Source: Trichlorobacter lovleyi SZ (GTDB taxonomy: Bacteria; Desulfobacterota; Desulfuromonadia; Geobacterales; Pseudopelobacteraceae). From it: DNA of 32,000 nucleotides. The notes below the pieces were generated by a model, which searched no databases, was not told the DNA's origin, and saw only the letters and a program-made list of their open reading frames with translations. The stretch lies in NCBI RefSeq assembly GCF_000020385.1, contig NC_010814.1, forward strand, positions 3,720,001-3,752,000, read 5' to 3'. Both the position numbers and the translations under genes were made by a program. The first letter of the stretch is position 1; each line of letters begins with the position of its first letter. This document shows positions 28,764-32,000 of the stretch, one piece after another.

Positions 28764-29181
28764 CAGGCCTCCAAAACCACTGATTGCGAATCAGCACCCC
28801 AAAACTGGCACTCTTTTCCGCTGCCGGGGAGCCACGTCACATCATAGGCCAATACGGAAAACAGTCAGTTATTTCCTATCCTTCCATTTCTCCGCACTCA
28901 GAAAAAGTTGATTCGTAACCAAACCTCGGGGTCTTGTCAGCCCGCATGGAAGAACCCCCAGGAAGGACCCGCACTATATATGGGGGTGCCAAATCAGCAG
29001 AACCCAACATATGGAAGCGCATCAAAAAAACAGATCAAGCCGGTTCGCTGCGCAGGTTGTGTGGTTAGTATTCATTCTGGATAGGAGTAGCAGGGGTGTG
29101 CTGTGCCTGCCATGTGGCTACGTGAGGCAAACTTAAGGCGCGGGATGCCCTGATCATCTGGGGCGCGGGGGGAAGTGCGAA

Positions 29182-29204
29182 TAAAAGCCCCTCGGGTGGG
29201 GGGC
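29182..29204 (-). terminator. weak terminator candidate after the SecB-like gene
   Basis: On the minus strand, GCCCC-8 nt-GGGGC followed by TTTTATT, 17 nt after the stop at 29221. Confidence 0.35.
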
Positions 29205-29220
29205 AAGGAAGAGTTACTTA

Positions 29221-29652
29221 TTATTTTCCGGAATGGTTTTGTTTGTAGATATCATAAAAATTGACTGGTGGTAACAATAGAGGCGTAAACCCACCCCGCC
29301 TGGTTAGATCAGCAACCACTTCACGCAGGAATGGAAAAAGAATTGAAGCGCAGTTGATCTCTGCAACATGATCAATCTGATCTTTCTCACTGAGTGCAGT
29401 TTTGAAGGTAAAGATTCCGCCCATTGACACGTCAAGGCTAAACGGAGAGTTATCCCCTGATACATTTACCGTGAGAGCAAGATTGATTGAGCTGTTTGAT
29501 TCCTGCCAGGCGTGTTTAATCGTGATCCTGGTATCAATAGATATTTCTTCTTGTGAATCAACTCGCTGGTTTGCAGTAAAGTTGGCCGACAGCACGCGAT
29601 AATCTGTCAGACTGAACTGATACATCTCTGGCGTTTGTTTAACCTTGGGCAT
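29221..29652 (-). CDS. SecB-like chaperone (TAC-system chaperone)
   Basis: Collinear with E. coli SecB. Compare LALTVNVSG...SMGGIFTF...INCASILFPFLREVVADLTRRGGFTPLLLPPVNFYDIY with SecB VVLRVTVTA...QQGGIFSI...[36 protein letters not shown]. The start is uncertain (29652 overlapping the antitoxin by 14 nt, or 29625). The ORF-track start at 29736 is unlikely. Confidence 0.85.
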   Translation of the reverse strand: MPKVKQTPEMYQFSLTDYRVLSANFTANQRVDSQEEISIDTRITIKHAWQESNSSINLALTVNVSGDNSPFSLDVSMGGIFTFKTALSEKDQIDHVAEINCASILFPFLREVVADLTRRGGFTPLLLPPVNFYDIYKQNHSGK

Positions 29653-29986
29653 GACGATATACCTGTTGATCACGGACTGCTCGATAAGCGATGCTAACAA
29701 CTTTTGAAACAGCCTCAGAGACAGGCTCCACTGCAAGAGTTGGGGTAAACTTCAATCCTACAGCCCTTGAAAGCATGACCATGCTCTCAATCGTAAGGTT
29801 GGCATCCCCAGACATGACTTTAGTGATATAAGCGGGGCTTTTACCGATACGCCGTGCCAAATCCGACTTAGAAACACCCTTCTCGGTCATAGCCTTGTTA
29901 AGTGAAGTAACGAATTCAAGCTTGGCCATTTCAGCCCAAAATTCATTACTCTGCATATCTTGCTTTATCAGTTTAACAACTGACAT
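29639..29986 (-). CDS. XRE-family HTH antitoxin (HigA-like) with C-terminal tail
   Basis: HTH_XRE core GVSKSDLARRIGKSPAYITKVMSGDANLTIESMVMLSRAVG followed by a tail of about 35 aa. GGAGGG RBS lies inside the toxin 3' end, with a 5-nt gap after the toxin stop. Confidence 0.85.
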   Translation of the reverse strand: MSVVKLIKQDMQSNEFWAEMAKLEFVTSLNKAMTEKGVSKSDLARRIGKSPAYITKVMSGDANLTIESMVMLSRAVGLKFTPTLAVEPVSEAVSKVVSIAYRAVRDQQVYRHAQG

Positions 29987-29991
29987 TTTGA

Positions 29992-30405
29992 TTACCCTCC
30001 TGGAAGTTCTGTTACATTACTTCTGGCTTTTTGCAGCCGATAGTCACGCAAAGCCTCAGTTGCATGCCTAATAACTGCCAGCGGTGTCTTCTGGGTTTTC
30101 TTTACAAAGGCATGGCAGCACGCAACAATCTTGCCTTCATCGTAAAACCATACCACTCTAATATGCCCTTTTCTGAACTGCCAAATATCAGTTGCAATTG
30201 TGTGACATATTTCAGGTGGCAAAAGTCTCGGACCATTTAACGCCACATAGGCAAATAGCCTCCTGATCGCCACGCCATCTTTTTCATAATTTGTAGGAAG
30301 GCTGGAAAGGAAATCATCAACCTGACATTCCGTTTGGCTTTCGCAGGTAGCAACAACCTTCCAGGTGCTATTTAATTCGGTAGGTATCAGGCTTTTTATG
30401 AACAC
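29992..30405 (-). CDS. RelE/HigB-superfamily toxin (phage Gp49-like)
   Basis: IWQFRKGHIRVVWFYDEGKIVACCHAFVKKTQKTPLAVIRHATEALRDY matches the Gp49/HigB pattern (..ElR....yRv.yf......ivll..F.KKtqktP..ei..A). The toxin-first order is typical of higBA. It has a GTG start with only a weak RBS. Confidence 0.8.
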   Translation of the reverse strand: MFIKSLIPTELNSTWKVVATCESQTECQVDDFLSSLPTNYEKDGVAIRRLFAYVALNGPRLLPPEICHTIATDIWQFRKGHIRVVWFYDEGKIVACCHAFVKKTQKTPLAVIRHATEALRDYRLQKARSNVTELPGG

Positions 30406-30410
30406 TTTTA

Positions 30411-30449
30411 ACCTATAGGTAAAATATCATTGTTAACTATTTTCTTCAA
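30411..30449 (-). promoter_or_regulatory. candidate promoter/operator of the TAC operon
   Basis: On the minus strand, TTGAAG (30449-30444), a 17-nt spacer, then TATTTT (30426-30421). A perfect 10-bp palindrome ACCTATAGGT (30411-30420) follows, 5 nt upstream of the toxin start. Confidence 0.3.
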
Positions 30450-30541
30450 CCGCACATATCGGTATTTTCAAGGGCGACACCACAACATATAGATGCACTT
30501 TTTTGACAAGACATGCACTAGAGCATAACTTCAATTATGGA

Positions 30542-31771
30542 TTATGCAAGCACTTTACTTTTCTCTGGGGTCGCCAATTCGCCAGCGATCAGTTCCGTGA
30601 TCCTGTCTGCAATTTTCTGCATCGGCTCACGCAACCGCTCCGTTGTGATCTGGATATACCCACCGGTGACATCATTCCCCATGCTGTGATTCAACAGCGC
30701 CTTCAGGCTGTAATGCGGCACGTCCAGGCCTTCAGCAATGGTGATGAAGGTGCGTCGCAGATCATGGAAACAGAACTGAACGCCAGATGCTGCGATTATA
30801 TCCCGCTTGTAATTATCAGGATTACTCAGGAATGGTGCCGGGTGCTTGCCAGGAAAAATATATTCGTTCTCATACCCAGCCGCCCGGCGCTTCAACAGCA
30901 GCTTGTAGAGCTGCTCTGACATCGGCATGGTCACCTGATCATCTTCCGGCTTTTCACCCCGCTTCTTTTCAGGGGTAAAGGTAAAGGCCTTCCTCTTAAA
31001 ATCAATATCAGACCATTTCAGTCGGGCCGCTTCATTACGCCTTAAACCGGTGTAGAGCAGCAACAGCATGTAATCCCGGCCCTTGGGGTTGTCGTAAGCA
31101 TTCACCGCCTTAAACCATATTGGCAGGTCTTCAGGCTTGATAAAGGTGATGCGGCGCTTCTTCTTGGCCCAATCCCGTTCACGCACTTCCCGCACACCAT
31201 CGACAGGGTTTCTGTGAATAACACCAGGGTGCAAGGCCAGCCCAAACCGGAAAAGGCTTCTAAGCAGCTTCACAGCGTTAATTGCCTGTGACTTGCCGTT
31301 GGTGATCTCCATCAGCTCCAGACGCTCCAGGACCATACTGCCGGTGATAGTGTCCGCTGGTAGTGTCAACCAGTCCTTGAAGTGATTCTCCATCCAGGCG
31401 GCATATTGCCGTATTGTTGCCGGGGCCAAGGTCTTCTTGGTAGACATATATTGACGGTGAAGGTCTGCAACGGTTATTGTCACTAACTTAGGTTGCCGGT
31501 CAGGGTGTGGATTAATGCCCTCTTTAAGCTTTTGAAGGTAGCCAGTAGCCTGTGCTCTGGCCTGTTCGCAGGTATAGAGACCAAAGGCCCCAATATGTAT
31601 GAACGGCTTCTTGCTGGTGCCCCGCTGCCGAGCACGCACAAAAAAGGTCAAAGCCTCTTTTGTTGCCCTGACACCAAAACCGGCAAGCTCAGTATCAAAG
31701 TAATCAACCTGTCCAGCTGTCGGCTTGACTATCTCTTTCAGGTTGGCTTTGGTGATTTTTAGGCTTGGCAT
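30542..31771 (-). CDS. int: tyrosine-type site-specific integrase (P4-like, N-terminal arm-binding domain)
   Basis: N-terminal DUF4102-like arm-binding region (YFDTELAGFGVRAT...). The catalytic domain has RRNEAARLKW, FHDLRRTF, LLNHS and GGY. AGGGGG upstream of ATG 31771. The 25-aa extension to 31846 is not integrase-like. Confidence 0.95.
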   Translation of the reverse strand: MPSLKITKANLKEIVKPTAGQVDYFDTELAGFGVRATKEALTFFVRARQRGTSKKPFIHIGAFGLYTCEQARAQATGYLQKLKEGINPHPDRQPKLVTITVADLHRQYMSTKKTLAPATIRQYAAWMENHFKDWLTLPADTITGSMVLERLELMEITNGKSQAINAVKLLRSLFRFGLALHPGVIHRNPVDGVREVRERDWAKKKRRITFIKPEDLPIWFKAVNAYDNPKGRDYMLLLLYTGLRRNEAARLKWSDIDFKRKAFTFTPEKKRGEKPEDDQVTMPMSEQLYKLLLKRRAAGYENEYIFPGKHPAPFLSNPDNYKRDIIAASGVQFCFHDLRRTFITIAEGLDVPHYSLKALLNHSMGNDVTGGYIQITTERLREPMQKIADRITELIAGELATPEKSKVLA

Positions 31772-31901
31772 AGTAGCCCCCTGTAGTGTCCAACTCAGTG
31801 ACCCAAAAGTGGACACTGTGACAAAAACACAGTAACAAATGAGCATACTCTATGCAACAGCTTTCAAGTGAATATCATATGTTAGACAACACCATCACAC
31901 T

Positions 31902-32000
31902 ATGAAAATCAAACGACTTGAGATAGCCGGGTTTAAATCGTTTGCCGATAAGGTGGTACTGGATTTCCAGCAGGGGGTGACCGGCGTGGTAGGCCCCAAC
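31902..32000 (+). CDS. smc: chromosome segregation protein SMC, N-terminal fragment (continues beyond window)
   Basis: MKIKRLEIAGFKSFADKVVLDFQQGVTGVVGPN is the canonical SMC N-terminus running into the Walker A motif (GPNGSGKSN). Confidence 0.8.
   Translation, partial: MKIKRLEIAGFKSFADKVVLDFQQGVTGVVGPN

Larger units (their letters stand above)
23510..31900. mobile_element. integrase-associated genomic island / prophage remnant between the NifU-like gene and smc
   Basis: The segment is bounded by core genes. It contains a tyrosine integrase, a TA module, an IS21 element and a truncated phage tail gene. Several stretches are visibly AT-richer than the flanks; for example 24241-24300 has 14 G/C in 60 nt. 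The exact ends (att sites) are not identified. Confidence 0.55.

Noticed and set aside
28593-28911. Plus-strand ORFs of 84 aa and 76 aa
   Set aside because: They start inside the IS21 end, antisense to the istA 5' region, and run across the IS boundary. They have no RBS and their sequence is not protein-like.
28905-28925. GATTCGTAACC resembling the complement of a tRNA T-arm (GGTTCGAATCC)
   Set aside because: There is an extra base in the loop, no complementary 5-bp T-stem, and no acceptor-stem pairing on either side. It is not a tRNA or a tRNA fragment.
31772-31846. 25-codon N-terminal extension of the integrase ORF (and similar extensions for pal to 11345, metX from 19271, the SecB-like gene to 29736)
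   Set aside because: The internal ATGs have proper SD sequences and give family-typical N-termini. The extensions lack an RBS, overlap regulatory elements (riboswitch, antitoxin gene), or encode non-homologous sequence.

Overview
The window looks like a chromosomal segment from a Desulfuromonadales/Geobacter-like deltaproteobacterium. That placement is an inference from gene content: c-type cytochrome lipoproteins, GTP-type PEPCK, and moderately high GC. About 23.5 kb is ordinary core genome. It holds a TatD-like gene end, a diheme cytochrome lipoprotein, a strongly promoted Ala/Pro-rich mini-lipoprotein, hypA and pckG. Next come an MBL-fold hydrolase and a five-gene RND efflux operon (TolC-like, adaptor, DUF2845-like, pump, DUF2892-like). 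These are followed by the complete Tol-Pal cluster (tolQRAB-pal) and a tight operon of lipoprotein, OsmC, FtsK and C-N hydrolase. A SAM-I riboswitch then leads a translationally coupled chain of metX, ttcA, ispF and a split chrA pair, followed by an orphan response regulator and a NifU-like gene. Between the NifU-like gene and the start of smc lies an AT-richer accessory island of about 8.4 kb. The island contains two tandem mini membrane-protein genes below the ORF-track cutoff and an ORF-poor region full of GTTGCA/TGCAAC inverted repeats. It also contains a 5'-truncated phage tape-measure-like gene cut by an intact IS21-family element (istAB) that has no visible target duplication. Beyond the IS are a 490 bp ORF-free stretch, a tripartite toxin-antitoxin-chaperone module (HigB/Gp49-like toxin, XRE antitoxin, SecB-like chaperone) and a P4-type tyrosine integrase. 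The TAC module is the most notable system. TAC is a described class (the M. tuberculosis HigBA1-SecB paradigm), so it is unusual here rather than new in kind. No rRNA, tRNA or CRISPR array was seen. All functional calls come from reading motifs in the translations; no database search was possible.
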